The notes: generated by a model from the sequence alone, not told the origin. 64,000 nucleotides of DNA from Octopus vulgaris (GCA_951406725.2 OX597827.1:6944001-7008000), one strand, 5' to 3'; positions 50,274 through 64,000 are shown, counted from the stretch's first letter. A program made the numbers and translations.

Positions 50274-50866
50274 CTAAAAATATTGAGATTTTATACAAAT
50301 TTACTTTGCAATGAAAAATTAAACTCTTTAAAATTTCTTTCGTGCATAAAATTATTCTCCATCTGTGCAGGTTTGCTTGCAAATTTTTAATTTCTAAGAA
50401 ACAACTTGATAATTTATTGATAATGAAGAAGATAATTAAATTCAGATGGTTCTCATATTAACATTCACATTTTTAATTAGGGATCAGTCTTCAGAAGGAA
50501 TTTTCCAATAAAAATATATTTTAAATTTTATACAATCAGTATCTTAACCCCTATTTCTGAAAGTTTTACAAATGGACAATAATCATTAATTTGAAATTAA
50601 ATCATAGTCCTTTTTCTTTGGAGACTGGTGGAATGAAAGCTCCCTTGTTTGAAAAGCATTCAATGGATTAGTTACAGAAAGAGCCTCTATGTGTAAAGCA
50701 CTGCCTTAATATTCTACTCATCTGATTCATGCTAACATAAGAAAAATGAATGTAAAAGGAATGAACAAACTAAATTAAATATATTTATTACACTCTTTTT
50801 AGGAAATATAACATTCAATTTAAAAGTTTCTTACAACTGAAGAAATTCTTGGTATTTTTATCTTAC

Positions 50867-51017
50867 CTGGTAGTTCCTCATAATGTCCAGCACTACCGAC
50901 ACTCCAGCCATGACCACTATCAGTGTGAGAAGACAATGTTGACATCTCACTGAATTGGTCAGGATTGTTCAGTTCTCTGTAACCTGGAGACATACTCTCT
51001 TCTCTGGGAATAAACAT
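50867..51017 (-). CDS. Pcdh: Protocadherin gene 6, exon 3 (151 bp)
   Basis: tatag|ATG ... CCAG|GTAAGA. Confidence 0.88.
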
Positions 51018-51993
51018 CTATAAATATAAACCCAATGGATCATCATAATGTTCTCGACATTCAAAAAAAACAAATATATCTCCAAGATTTAGACAATTCT
51101 AAGGAATTGTATACTCAAAATTCTACAATTTCTGAAGTCTACAAGTAATTTCCTAGAAAGATGACCTCAAAACATCAGTCAGAATATATATAAGTAATTT
51201 TTAGTATATTGTATTTACTCTGTCTCCAGGATATCTTCATCATTGCCATCTCAGAGTGCTATGACTTTTGAGTTTATAATATTCAAAGAAGCTTCAATTA
51301 GTAAGAAAGAATCATATATTAAGTAATTTAGTCACACCAGTAAACTGAGGATATGAAGAATAACAAGCAGAGTAAATAATTCAATATGAAAACACCAGTC
51401 GAGTTTCAAACTAACTTTTTAAATTGTATCTGATAGTTTATTAGTATTACCCAAGTAACATAGGAAAACTATTCTACAGATGAAAATAGCAGACCTGTTT
51501 TATTCATGTTAAATGCTGACTGCAACTGTACAGATAAAATTTACAAGTGTCTAAAATATTTTATATATAACATTCCTCCAACCATAAAGATTGCACGTGT
51601 CAATAAATATTTGTTACTTCTCAATTTCCTTTGCAGCATTCAGATGAAGTTTTTCTAGGAATAACCAAAATTGAAAAGAATGCAAAAATACATTTGGAAA
51701 AGATAGATGAACAATAAGGTGAATGATTTGAATGTAAAATAGTGAGAGTGGTCATCATCATCTTTGAACATCAGTTCTCGATGCTGACATGGGATGGAGA
51801 GTAGAACAGGAGTTAGCTAGCCTTAGAGCTGTCCATGCTTCATCTCCCTATTTTTCTATAGTTTCTATGAAGAGACGACCATCCTAACACCAACCACTTA
51901 ACACAGTTATATTTCATGCAGGAACACAAAAACAAATGAAAAATGCAACAACCTTTTCTTTCTTGATATTTCAAATAAATATAAGCAATTTAC

Positions 51994-54381
51994 CTGTTCA
52001 GATCTGTTCAAAGTAAAATCATTCCACTTATCACATGGCATGGTTCTGCAGTAAGTATCTTCCCTATAAACCTTTGATTCTTGAGATGGCTTCAGTTTTC
52101 TCGACATTGTGTACGAAATGCCAGGTGGAACACAGGTAGGATCAAATATATATTTCGATTGGGTGTTTAATGCAGGTGTAACCTTGTGGTACATATCAAC
52201 ACTGTTGTTATAGTTGTTGTCTGTCTGCTTCAGTCTATGAACTATACAGATTGATATAGAGATCACTATGACAACTGATACGATCACAGCTGCTATAACA
52301 ATAACAATCATCACATTCAATTGGAGACCATTACTTAATTCTGTTGTTGTCTTTGAAGGGGTCTTAAATATCTTTGATGTGGTGTTACTAACTGTTAGAG
52401 TCAAAGACAAAGTTGTTGTCGATGACAGAACTGGACTGCCACTGTCTTTCACACCTAATTCCAGTTCATAGAATCCAGCATCATTTTGGTAAAGTGAGCG
52501 AGAGAAAGATAAGACACCAGAGTGATGGTTCATTTGAAATAAGTGTTTCTCATTACCTCTGAGTATTTCATATGTGAGGAAGGCATTGTGTTGACTGTCT
52601 CTGTCAGAGGCCCTAACAACTGTGATATCATGGTCAGAGTGGGGATGGTAGTGGACATTAAGACTGAAAGGGTCAACATTAGGGAAACTGAAATAGGGAG
52701 CATTATCATTTAAATCCATAACCTCAACAACAACATTTGCTCTCTTCTCCAGTGATGGTGTTCCTTTATCTTTTACTAAAACCTTAAACTCATACAGGTT
52801 CTTTTCTTCTCTGTCTAGTGACTCAGTTGTGGAAATGAATCCCACATCAGTTATCTGAAATGGTAGAATATCTTTTCCATTAGATAATAGAGAATAGGTT
52901 AATTGTCCTCCATCTCCAATATCTGGGTCTGTGGCATTGACATATCCAACAGGGAAGTCTTTGTGTTCATTTTCATAGGTGAGAAACTTAAATATGTCCT
53001 GACTAAACTGAGGTTGTACATCATTTATGTCAGTAACCAACACAGAAAACTGTTTCTCTACTTTCAATGGAGGTAAACCATTATCTTGACATTTAATGGT
53101 GAAATTAAAGCTCTTCTCACTCTCTCTATCTATTTCACTCTTGACAACAACTTTGTAATTCTTTTCAGACTCTGAGATTAGCTGAAGATATCTATTTTGT
53201 AAATGACAGTTCACTTGTCCATTTACTCCACTGTCATTGTCAATGACATTGACAAAAGCAACAAAACTGTGAATTAAAGTTCCTTCTGAGATGACTGCTG
53301 TGTTTCCAGTCGACTTGAAGACAAATTTGACATCAATTTTGGGAGGATTGTTAAGATGACTGATTCCAGTTACAAGAACAGTTGCAGTTGAGGACATTGG
53401 TGGGTTACCATTATCCCTTGCTTCAACAAACAATTTATATATCCTTCCAAATTGAAATTCTTTCTTCAGAAACAAATATCCAGTTACTTCATCTAATCTG
53501 AAAAACTGTTCAGTATATTTTGATGTTATGGCATTGAAAAAATAAGATATTAATCCATTTTCTCCTTCATCTAAATCCGTAGCCAACAGCTTTGCAATCG
53601 GTTTGTTTAACTGGTGTGTGTCATTTACAGTGACATTATAAGTATTTTGAGAGAACACAGGGAAATTATCATTAATATCTTTAATAATTATTTTTATATG
53701 AAGTACACCTTCTTTCTGTGGTGACCCATTATCTCTGGCAATAAGCTGAATATCGTAAATGCTTTTTGTCTCACGATCTAAGACATTTTCAAGGTTTAGT
53801 TGCAATAAATCAGATCCATCCAATTTTTTAGAAACAATCAATTTAAAAGGAGTATTTAAATTTTCAATCTCATATGTAATTTTGGAATTCTGAATACTGA
53901 CATCATTATCAATGGCATTTGGAATTATATGCCTGGTTCCTATTAGAACGCTTTCATCAAATTTTAAATGAAATTCCTTTTTTGGAAACTTTGGAGAATT
54001 ATCATTAACATCTTCTATTATAACTTTGAGTTTTAATATCTTAATAACAGAATAGCCATGTTGAACAGTTATTTCCAATATTCTGAAACATTCCACATTA
54101 TATTGACACAGAATTTCTGCATCCAATATGGCAGCAGTGTACAAGTGTCCTCCCTGTGTAACATTAAATAACAGAAGTGCTTCATCTGTACTTCTCTGAA
54201 GTACATTAAACATCAGTTTGCTGTTATCGTCAAGAGATGGTACAGTATCCAATAAGTGTGTATCAGTGACAATATCTCCAATAAAGTTGTGTATATCATT
54301 GTTCTCTTTCACATGGTAGGTATGATCCACACACCAACAATTGTTAACCATTAACAAAACCAATAAAAATATGGATAACAT
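51994..54381 (-). CDS. Pcdh: Protocadherin gene 6, large coding exon
   Basis: 824-aa ORF with six EC repeats and TM; CAG|GTAAAT donor. Confidence 0.95.
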
Positions 54382-55411
54382 GGTTACAGTCTACAATTCT
54401 GTTACAAGGAAATATATGTATAATGTTATTGAAACCTATGAAATAAAGACTTCTGGAATATTTTCTTCTGTTATCACCTGTAAACATATGAAAATATAAA
54501 AACTGATTTATGCATTTAATAACGATGAAGTAATCTAGAAAATTCTCATCAGTGAAAACTGGTAGCAATACAAAATTTTACCAACATATTACAAGGTACG
54601 CAAAAAAAATCTACATTATCGTTCCATTCTTTATCTTTATATGCATTTGATAGAATTTCAAGTTATTTTCCTCCTACACATTTAAGTTATGTTTTAGTGT
54701 GAAAAAATATTACATCAATTGTATAATCTCACCCTTGTAACAAACATTTCTTAAATTTTCATCATTTCAAGAACCTAATTTATACTTCAAATAAAAGAAG
54801 GAAGCATATTAACATATGTTTGACTGGTCTACATCTGTTAATTTATCTTAAATTCTCATTTTGTGTACTAAGAAATGAAGCCTACACTGACAATTAATGA
54901 ACCTTTTCCAAATATCAGTCAAATCTCCCCCAAATCACAAACTATCATAATATTTAAGAAGGGGACATATTGGATAATGTATATCAAAGTCCAGCATGGC
55001 ACAAGACAAGAAGATATGATTATTATGGTTAGAACTGCCTTTGATTATTGATCTACCCAATTAGAAACAACAGGAGATTTAAATTTTGATTGGCAGTCAA
55101 GTAATATATAATTAGCTTTTCCACTGAAATCATGTTTCTATACATTATCCACAATCAGTCTGATTAATAAATGATAAAAGCATTTTTCAGCAATACATTC
55201 ATAATCACATTATGATAAGCAGTAAGTTTTGTAGTCTGAAGAATATCCAGTTGAGCTTTTCAGCAATTTGCTGTAGAAAGAAAAACTTAATTTTTGTTGT
55301 AACATTCTAAAAGCACAATATGCTATGGGGTTTACTTTTTCTGTGGCCGTGTGTTTACCGTTGGCTATTTTCTTTCTCCGTCTTCCCTTCCTTGGACCTT
55401 TCCTTTTTCTA

Positions 55412-55448
55412 TGTTTCTGATGAAGAGCTCCGCTTGAAATGTTAGATA
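55412..55448 (+). ncRNA. Degenerate minimal hammerhead motif in a Penelope-like relic
   Basis: UGUUU-CUGAUGA-A-GAGC(UCC)GCUU-GAAA-UGUU-AGAUA. Confidence 0.5.
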
Positions 55449-55541
55449 CTCCATCTTTCACTTCTTTCCTGAGCGTCGAAGAACTCTATACTTGTTCCAC
55501 GTCCTCACATTGTTGTGTTTTCTCTTTGTTCATGTTTGGAG

Positions 55542-55587
<46 letters not shown>

Positions 55588-56392
55588 AATAGAAATTTCT
55601 ATCGGTTTGTTTTGAGACGCATAAATTATAATGGTTATTGACAATTTTTGTCTTTTTTTCGGCATATTTGGCATTAGAATTTTTCTTTTGCCCTTATTTT
55701 TGTACATTATTTATAAATTTAACCTTTAAAGGTATTTTTTGATATGCTGGCCAGTGGTGTTGTTTAACTGAATAGCATCTTTGTTCTCCATCATCCCATA
55801 ACTAAACTCAATACTCAATATGCATCAGGAAGACAAGTTGAAATGAATGTTACTGAGTCACAATCTGTAATTCACTATTTGATGAAAAGGAAGTAAAAGA
55901 TAAATAATAACAGAACACTAATTAAATGAGTTGTTGCCCTTTGATTCTGACCTAAAATTAACAAAACACAAATAATGTCTGCCTAACAGTCTAAGCTGAA
56001 AAAAATAATTTCCTTCATCACATCTCCCTTCTAATTACTAATATTTAGCATCAATCTCACATTAAACATTTGCCAATCTAATCACAATTAAACATTCAGT
56101 AATTTAGTGATTCACTGGAACAGTAAAATTACAAATTTTGAAATTTAGTGAAATTATATCTTTCCTAAAATTTACCATTCTAGACGGTCTTTGAGAAATG
56201 CTATTTATATTTTAGATTTGATAAATGGAAATCATGACAAGGTACAAATATCTGTGAAAAATTCTAACAATGAGTAAACTTGTTCTATTATTACATCCTG
56301 TCTGTAACAGTAGAATGAACTTTTGATTAAATAAACCATTTGAAAAACATATAAAAGATTACACAACAGAATAAGTTCTAATAAGTACTTAC

Positions 56393-56650
56393 CAACAGGT
56401 ATCAGTGGTTTATATAGTTGTTGCTGTGCTGTTTCAGGGTTTTGGTAACAAAGTTATATTAGTAGCAGAAGCTCTGAGTAGTTTGGTATGTGACAGTGTT
56501 ATGTAGTTCTATGGAGTTGGTTGTGTAGTATGTAATGTGTGTTGTAGCCAATGACAAGCTGTCTTTTATTCCAATGCAAGGAAACGGAAATACAGCCTCC
56601 AACTTTTGCAGTTAATGATGGGCTGACTCACAGACTGGTTTACTTAACCC
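56393..56650 (-). promoter_or_regulatory. Putative promoter and non-coding exon 1 of Pcdh gene 6
   Basis: GTTG|GTAAGTA donor; CCAAT at 56548-56552. Confidence 0.7.
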
Positions 56651-57674
56651 ACACCCACTTACATATATACATGTGAATGTGTGTTAGTACATAAATGAAT
56701 AAGGAAGAAATGTCTAATGATTAGAATGAAGTGGACAGGCAATAAATTCAGTATGGAAAATATTGATTCAAAATAATGTTAATATAAATGTGTAAAAGTA
56801 TAAGGAACCTAACTTTAGTAACTTTATGTTACAAACTGCACATAACTCTCAGAATAGTTATGATGGAACCTAGATAAAATTAATTCACATAAAAAATAAA
56901 TATTTGGAAATATTATATTAATACAATAAAACAGCAGTGGAGTCACAAAGAAAACTTTTTAGAAAATACGAAACTATGGCTATCAATAAACTTATTTATG
57001 TTCAGTAGAAATGTGTGAAGTAGAACACTGAAGAACAGCAGAATAAGAGAATGAGCAGAAAGAATGATATTTACCAAACCTTTTGCATTTGTTAGGTTAA
57101 AGGGGTTTACTTCATTTTGGATTTCATAGATTTCCTCAGAATTAATAATAATAATATTGAAGAATTTCACAAAGAACAGAAGTGGAAGGCAACTACTAAT
57201 AGATTTAACTTCTACAAACTACCATAGTAAAATATTCTGTAAATCTCAGATTTTGTAACAAAACATTAACATCTTGGAGCCTTCGAAGTGAACACTGATA
57301 GCATTACAGAATATAAATATAAGATTCTTAAGATTTTGCTATTCCAGAAATGGATTTGCAGAGAAGTTAGGATGTTGAATAAAATGTTTGCTGTATTTAG
57401 TTACAAATTATTATGCTCTGTGCTAAAATTGCTCTGAGATTAGATTTATTTTATCAATACAATAAATGAGATTAAATACAAACCAAATAATTGGGTTGAT
57501 TTACTGTAAATTAAAAGCTAAAAAACAGAATCTGAAAACTAACAGAAACTAATGAATGAAACATTATTGATGCGTGTTCTACTATGAAATGAAATATTGT
57601 TTTGTTATTAATATTTTCTTTTAATGTATTCCTTACTGGAAATGTATTGCCTGTCTTGAGAAAATAATGCTTTG

Positions 57675-58030
57675 TTATGTTCTTGAAATTATGCTATTAG
57701 ACGTCTGTTGCAGATAGAGGGGAGGGAGTGGAGGTACCTGGGGTGATGAAGGTACCTTTGGTAGTGTTGTTATTTTGGGTACAGCTGGCAGAGATGGTTT
57801 ACAGTCTGAAGTAAACTGACTTTTCACTGGTACTGTAGAATGTTGGTCAGTTATGTTAGATGTGGTCCCAGTAATAGTCAAAGGTGTTTGGTCAATCGAA
57901 CAGGAAGTGTTATTATCGACATTAGGTTGATGGTGATATCCATATTTGTTATCTCCCCTTGATCTGTTGAGTGCGTTTTGAAGTTGATTTCTTCTATTCC
58001 ATGTTTGGTCACTTTGGTAACGGCACAGAT
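57675..58030 (-). CDS. Pcdh: Protocadherin gene 7, terminal exon 4 (2-bp insertion near the end alters the C-terminus)
   Basis: ttttag|AT acceptor; homologous stop at 57697-57699 is out of frame; reads ...PPLYLQQTSNSIISRT*. Confidence 0.82.
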
Positions 58031-58627
58031 CTAAAAACAATATTAAGATTTTATATAAATTTACTTTGCAATCAAAAATTAAGCATTTGTTTCATGCGTA
58101 AAATTATCCTAAATCTATGCAGGTTTACTCAAAACTTTGAATTTTTAATGAACAACTTGATAATTTATTGATAATGAAGAATTTAATTAAATTCAGATGT
58201 TTTTCATTTTAACATTCTCATTTTTAATTAGGGATTAGTCTTCAGAAGGAATTTTGGAAGAATAATATATGTGAATAAATTTCACGAGAACATTATATAT
58301 ATTGAATATCTTGACCTATATCTTTTTAAAGATTTGCAAATGGACACTAATCATTAATTTATAATTAAATTTTAGTCCTGTATCTATGGAGATTGGTGGA
58401 ATGAAAGTTTCCTAGCTTGAAAATTAATGAATGGGTGAACAACAGAAAGAGCCACGAGGTGTATAGCATTGCCTTAATATTCTACTCATCTGATTCATGC
58501 TAACATACGCAAAATGAATGTAAAACGAATGAACAAACTAGATATGTATTATTATATCATTAGGAAATATAATATTAAATTTAAAAGTTTCTTACATTTG
58601 AAGAAATTCTTGGCATTTTTATCTTAC

Positions 58628-58778
58628 CTGGCAGTTCCTCATAATGTCCAGCACTACCAACACTCCAGCCATGACCACTATCAGTGTGAGATGACAATGT
58701 TGACATCTCACTGAATTGGCCAGGATTGTTCAGTTCTCTGTAACCTGGAGACATACTTTCTTCTCTGGGAATGAACAT
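58628..58778 (-). CDS. Pcdh: Protocadherin gene 7, exon 3 (151 bp)
   Basis: tatag|ATG ... CCAG|GTAAGA. Confidence 0.88.
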
Positions 58779-59890
58779 CTATAAATATAAATCCAATGGA
58801 TCATCATGATGTTCTGCACATTCAAAAGAAAAAATATACATCTCAAAGATTTAGACAATTCTTAGGATTCTTCAATTGGGATGTTAATTTCTAATCTTTC
58901 TATAGTCTAGATTCTAAACTTTCTGAAGTCTACAAGTAATTTCCTAGAAAGATGACTTCAAAACATCAGTCAGAATATATATATATAAGTAATTTTTAGT
59001 ATATTGTATTTACTCTGTCTCCAGGATATCTTCATCATCGCCATCTCACAGTGCTATGACTTTTGAGTTTATAATATTCAAAGAAGCTTCAATTAGTAAG
59101 AAAGAATCATATATCAATTTAGTTACCCCAGTAAACTGAGGATATGAAGAATAACAAGCAGCGTAAATAATTCAGTATGAAAACAGCAGTCGAGTTTCAA
59201 ACTAATTTTTCAAATTGTATATGATAGATCATCAATATTACTCCAGTAACATAGGAAAACTATTCTACAGATGAAAATAGCAAACCTGTTTTATTCGTGT
59301 CAAATGCTGACTGCAATTGTACAGATAAAATTTACAATTGTCTAAAATACTGTGTATATAACATTCCTCCAACCATAAAGATTGCACATGTCAATAAATA
59401 TTTGTTATTTCTCAATTTCCTTTGCAGCATTCAGATGATATTCTTCTAGGAATACAGAAAATTGAAAAGAATGCGAAAATACATTTGGAAAAGATAGATG
59501 GTGAATGATTTAAAGGTAAAATAGTGAAAGTGGTCATCATCATCTTTGAACATCAGTTCTCCATGCTGACATGGGTTGGAGAGTAGGACAGGAGTTAGCT
59601 AGCCTTAGAGCTGTCCATGCTTCATCTCTATTTTTCTATAGTTTCTATGAAGGGACGCTCATCCTAACACAAACCACTTAACATTTACACGGCCCCAACA
59701 TGGGAACTTTTATGGGGAACCTCTATAGGCTATTTTACGTGGTACCTGCAAAGATGTATTTACATGGTACCAAAATGATTGCTCTGAAATATATATAAAG
59801 CAATTATATTTCATGCAGGAACACAAAAACAAATGAAATATGCAACACCCATTTTTACCTTGATATTTCAAATAAATATAAGCAATTTAC

Positions 59891-62278
59891 CTGTTCAGGT
59901 CTGTTCAAAGTAAAATCATTCCACTTATCACATGGCATGGTTCTGCAGTAAGTATCTTCCCTATAAACCTTTGATTCTTGAGATGGCTTCAGATTTCTCG
60001 ACATTGTGTACGAAATGCCAGGTGGTACACAGGTAGGATCAAATATATATTTCGATTGCATGTTTAATGCAGGTGTAACCTTGTGGTACATATCAACACT
60101 GTTGTTATAGTTGTTGTCTGTCTGCTTCAGTCTATGAACTATACAGATCGATATGGAGATCACTATGACAACTGATACAATCACAGCTGCTACAACAATA
60201 ACAATCATCACATTCAATTGGAGACCATTACTTGATTCTGTTTTGGTCTTTGAAGGGGTCTTAAATATCTTTGATGTGCTGTTACTAACTGTTAGAGTCA
60301 AAGACAAAGTTGTTGTCGATGACAGAACTGGACTGCCACTGTCTTTCACACCTAATTCCAGTTCATAGAATCCAGCAACATTTTGGTAAAGTGAGCGAGA
60401 GAAAGATAAGACACCAGAGTGATGGTTCATTTGAAATAAGTGTTTCTCATTACCTCTGAGTATTTCATATGTGAGGAAGGCATTGTGTTGACTGTCTCTG
60501 TCTGAGGCCCTAACAACTGTGATATCCTGGTCAGAGTGGGGATGGTAGTGGACATTAAGACTGAAAGGGTCAACATTAGGGAAACTGAAATAGGGAGCAT
60601 TATCATTTAAATCCATAACCTCAACAACAACATTTGCTCTCTTCTCCAGTGATGGTGTTCCATTATCTTTTACTAAAACCTTAAACTCATACAGGTTCTT
60701 TTCTTCTCTGTCTAGGGACTCAGTTGTGGAAATAAATCCCACATCAGATATCTGAAATGGTAGAATATCTTTTCCATTAGATAACAGAGAATAGGTTAAT
60801 TGTCCTCCGTCTCCAATATCTGGGTCTGTGGCATTGACATATCCAACAGGGAAGTCTTTGTGTTCATTTTCATAGGTGAGAAACTTAAATATGTCCTGAC
60901 AAAACTGAGGTTGTACATCATTTATGTCAGTAACCAACACAGAAAACTGTTTCTCTACTTTCAATGGAGGTAAACCATTATCTTGACATTTAATGGTGAA
61001 ATTAAATCTCTTCTCACTCTCTCTATCTATTTCGCTCTTGACAACAACTTTGTAATTCTTTACAGACTCTGCGATAAGCTGAAGATATCTATTTTGTAAA
61101 TGACACTTCACTTGTCCATTTTCTCCATTGTCATTGTCAATAACATTGACAAAAGCAACAAAACTGTGAATTTGTGTTCCTTCTGAGATGACAGCTGTTT
61201 TTCCAGTTGACTTAACGACAAATTTGAAGTCAATGTTTGGTGGATTATTCAAATGAGTGACACCATTTACCAGAACAGTAGCAGCTGAGGACATTGGTGG
61301 GTTACCATTATCCCTTGCTTCAACAAACAATTTATACATCCTTCCAAACTGAAATTCTTTCTTTAGAAACAAATATCCAGTTACTTCATCTAATCTGAAA
61401 AACCGTTCTGTATATTTTGATGTTATGGCATTGAAAAAATAAGATATTAATCCATTTTCTCCTTCATCTAAATCTGTAGCTGACAGCTTTGCAATCGGTT
61501 TGTTTAACTGGTGTGTGTCATTTACAGTGACATTATAATTCTTCTGAGAGAACAAAGGTTTATTGTCATTTATATCTCTAACTAATACTTTAATACGAAG
61601 TACACCTTCTTTCTGTGGTGATCCATTATCTCTGGCAATTAACTGAATTTCATAAATGCTTTTTGTCTCACGATCTAAGACGTTTTCGAGATTTAGTTGC
61701 AACAAATCAGATCCATCCAACTGTTTAGAAACAATCAATTTAAAAGGAGTATTTAAATCTTCAATCTCATAAGTGATTCTGGAATTCTGAATACTGACAT
61801 CATTATCAATGGCATTTGGAATTATATACTTGGTTCCTATGAAATCATTTTCCTCAAATTTTAAATGAAATTCCTTTTTTGGAAACTTGGGAGAATTATC
61901 ATTAACATCTTCTATTATAACTTTGAGTTTTAATAACTTAATAAAAGAATGGCCATGTTGAACAGCAATTTCTAATATTCTGTAACATTCCACATTATAT
62001 TGACACAGAATTTCTGCATCCAATATGGCAGCAGTGTACAAGTGTCCTCCCTGTGTAACATTAAACATCAGAGCTGTTACTTCACTACTTCTCTGAAGTA
62101 CATTAAACATCAGTTTGCTGTTATCGTCAAGAGATGGTACAGTATCCAATAAGTGTGTATCAGTGACAATATCTCCAATAAAGCTGTGTATATCATTGTT
62201 CTCTTTCACATGGTAGGTATGATCCACACACCAACAATTGTTAACCATTAACAACACCAACGAAAGTATGTATAACAT
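59891..62278 (-). CDS. Pcdh: Protocadherin gene 7, large coding exon
   Basis: 807-aa ORF with six EC repeats and TM; CAG|GTAAAT donor. Confidence 0.95.
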
Positions 62279-63089
62279 GGTTACAGTCTACAATTCTGTT
62301 ACAAGGAAATATATGTATAATGTTTTTGAAACCTATGAAATAATGATTTCTTGAATATTTTCTTGTTATCACCTGTAAACATATGAAAATATAAAAACTT
62401 ATTTATGCATTAATAACGATGAAGTAATCTAGGAAATTCTCATCAGTGAAAACTGGTAGCAATACAAAATTTTACCAACATATTACAAGGTACGCAAAAA
62501 AAATCTACATTATCGTTCCATTCTTTATCTTTATATGCATTTGATATGATATTAAGTTATTTTCCTCCTACACATTTAATTTATGTTTTAGTGTGAAAAA
62601 ATATTACATCAATTGTATGACCTCTTATTCTTTGTAACAGACATTTCTTAAATTTTCATAATTTCAAGAACCTAATTTATACTTCAAATAAAAGAAGGAA
62701 GCATTAACATATGTTTGACTGGTCTCCAACTTAATTTATCTTAAATTCTCATTTTTGTACTAAGAAAGGAAGCCTACACTGACAATTAATGAACCTTTTC
62801 CACATATCAGTCAAATCTCCCTCAAATCACGAAACTATCGTAATATTTAAAAAGGGGACACATTGGATAATATACATCAAAGTCCAGCATGACACAAGAA
62901 ATAAAGATATGATTATTAAGGTTAGAACTGACTTTGATCATTGATCTATCCAATTAGAAACAACTTGAGATTTAAATTTTGATTGGCAGTCAAGTAATAT
63001 ATAATTAGCTTTTCCACTGAAATCATATTTCTATACATTATCCACAATCAAGTCTGATTAATTAATGATAAATGTATTTTTCAGCAATA

Positions 63090-64000
63090 TTAGGTTGTCA
63101 AGAAAGTTCTTGCAGTTTTTAACCTTTAAATTCAGTTGCATATATCTCGGCTTAAACAGAACTTTATAAATTGAAATAAAGACCATCAGAATCAACACAC
63201 TTTTGCCAACGCGAAACAAGTTTATTTATGCCAGTAGCCTAAATATCATGCATTCTGGCGGCAATGAAGTCGTTGAGGGTGTGTTTGGCATCATCTTGGT
63301 TTTTAAAGAATTTCTGACACAGGATGTTATCGAAATGCTTGAATAAGTGGTAGTCGGTAGGCAAGAGGTCTGGTGAGTATGGTGGTTGAGGCAGAATTTC
63401 GTAGCCCAATTTGTTCAATTTCTGCAGGGTCAGTTGTATGACATGCAGCCGAGTTTTGTCACAGATAAGAAGTGGTCTTTTTCTATTGACCAATGCTGGC
63501 TGTTATTTTCGGTGTTTCTTATGCATTTCATCCATTTACTGACAGTGCTTCTCTGCCATAATGGTTTTGCCTGGATCCCAAAAGCTGTAATTGATGAGAC
63601 TTGCTGCAAACAACCAAACAGTCGCCATGACCTTCTTTTGGTGCAACTTTGGTTTCGGGATGTGCTGTGGAGCTTTGTCGGGGCCCAACCCCTTAGCTGA
63701 GCACCACCGGTGGTTGTAAAGTATTCATTTTTCATTGCAAGTCACAATCCAGTCAAGAAACGGGTCGTTCTTGTTGTATAAAAGAAGGGAAGAAGACACT
63801 TCAAAATGGCATTTTTTTTTGGTTGTCGTTCAATTCATGCGGCACCCATTTCTCAAGTAATTTTTTTCCAATCTCTTTCAAGTGGTTCGAAATTATCATT
63901 TGCGTTACGTCTAATTCAGAAGCGAACTCTCGAACAGTTGTGCGGGAATTGGCTTCCACTAAGGCTCTTAGTTGATCATTGTTAACATCCGATGGCCAAC
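63090..64000 (-). mobile_element. Mariner transposon relic (frameshifted transposase), truncated by the window end
   Basis: TA|ttaggttg terminus; translation PQPPYSPDLLPTDYHLFKHF carries the mariner YSPDL motif; inserted at the site homologous to ttcagcaata|catt in gene 6. Confidence 0.85.

Noticed and set aside
1122-58778. Vertebrate-style shared constant exons spliced to variable exons
   Set aside because: Each gene has its own exon 3, and genes 2-7 their own exon 4; cross-gene splicing is phase-compatible but unsupported by sequence alone

Overview
AT-rich animal genomic DNA, almost certainly a coleoid cephalopod (octopus-like; inferred from gene type and repeat landscape). The window holds a head-to-tail tandem array of 7 protocadherin (Pcdh) genes on the minus strand. 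The shared gene plan is a conserved promoter with a non-coding exon 1, one ~2.4-kb exon (signal peptide, six cadherin repeats, TM, start of tail), a 148-151-bp exon and a ~330-380-bp terminal exon. Gene 7's promoter lies outside the window and no terminal exon for gene 1 is seen. EC1 to mid-EC4 are diverged and mosaic between paralogs, while mid-EC4 to the TM is near-identical at DNA level. Three copies carry 1-2 bp frameshifts in G runs. Introns contain SINEs, non-autonomous Helitrons, TTAA MITEs, a solo LTR, Tc1/mariner relics and a minisatellite. The most notable non-coding signal is two related retrozyme-like insertions with type I hammerhead ribozymes. One is a 2.6x tandem 343-nt unit with a U3-A8 core variant (36884-37776). 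The other is a diverged, partly inverted relative with a canonical core, in the sense orientation of Pcdh gene 2 intron 1 (16826-17191). All alignments and folds were done by eye.
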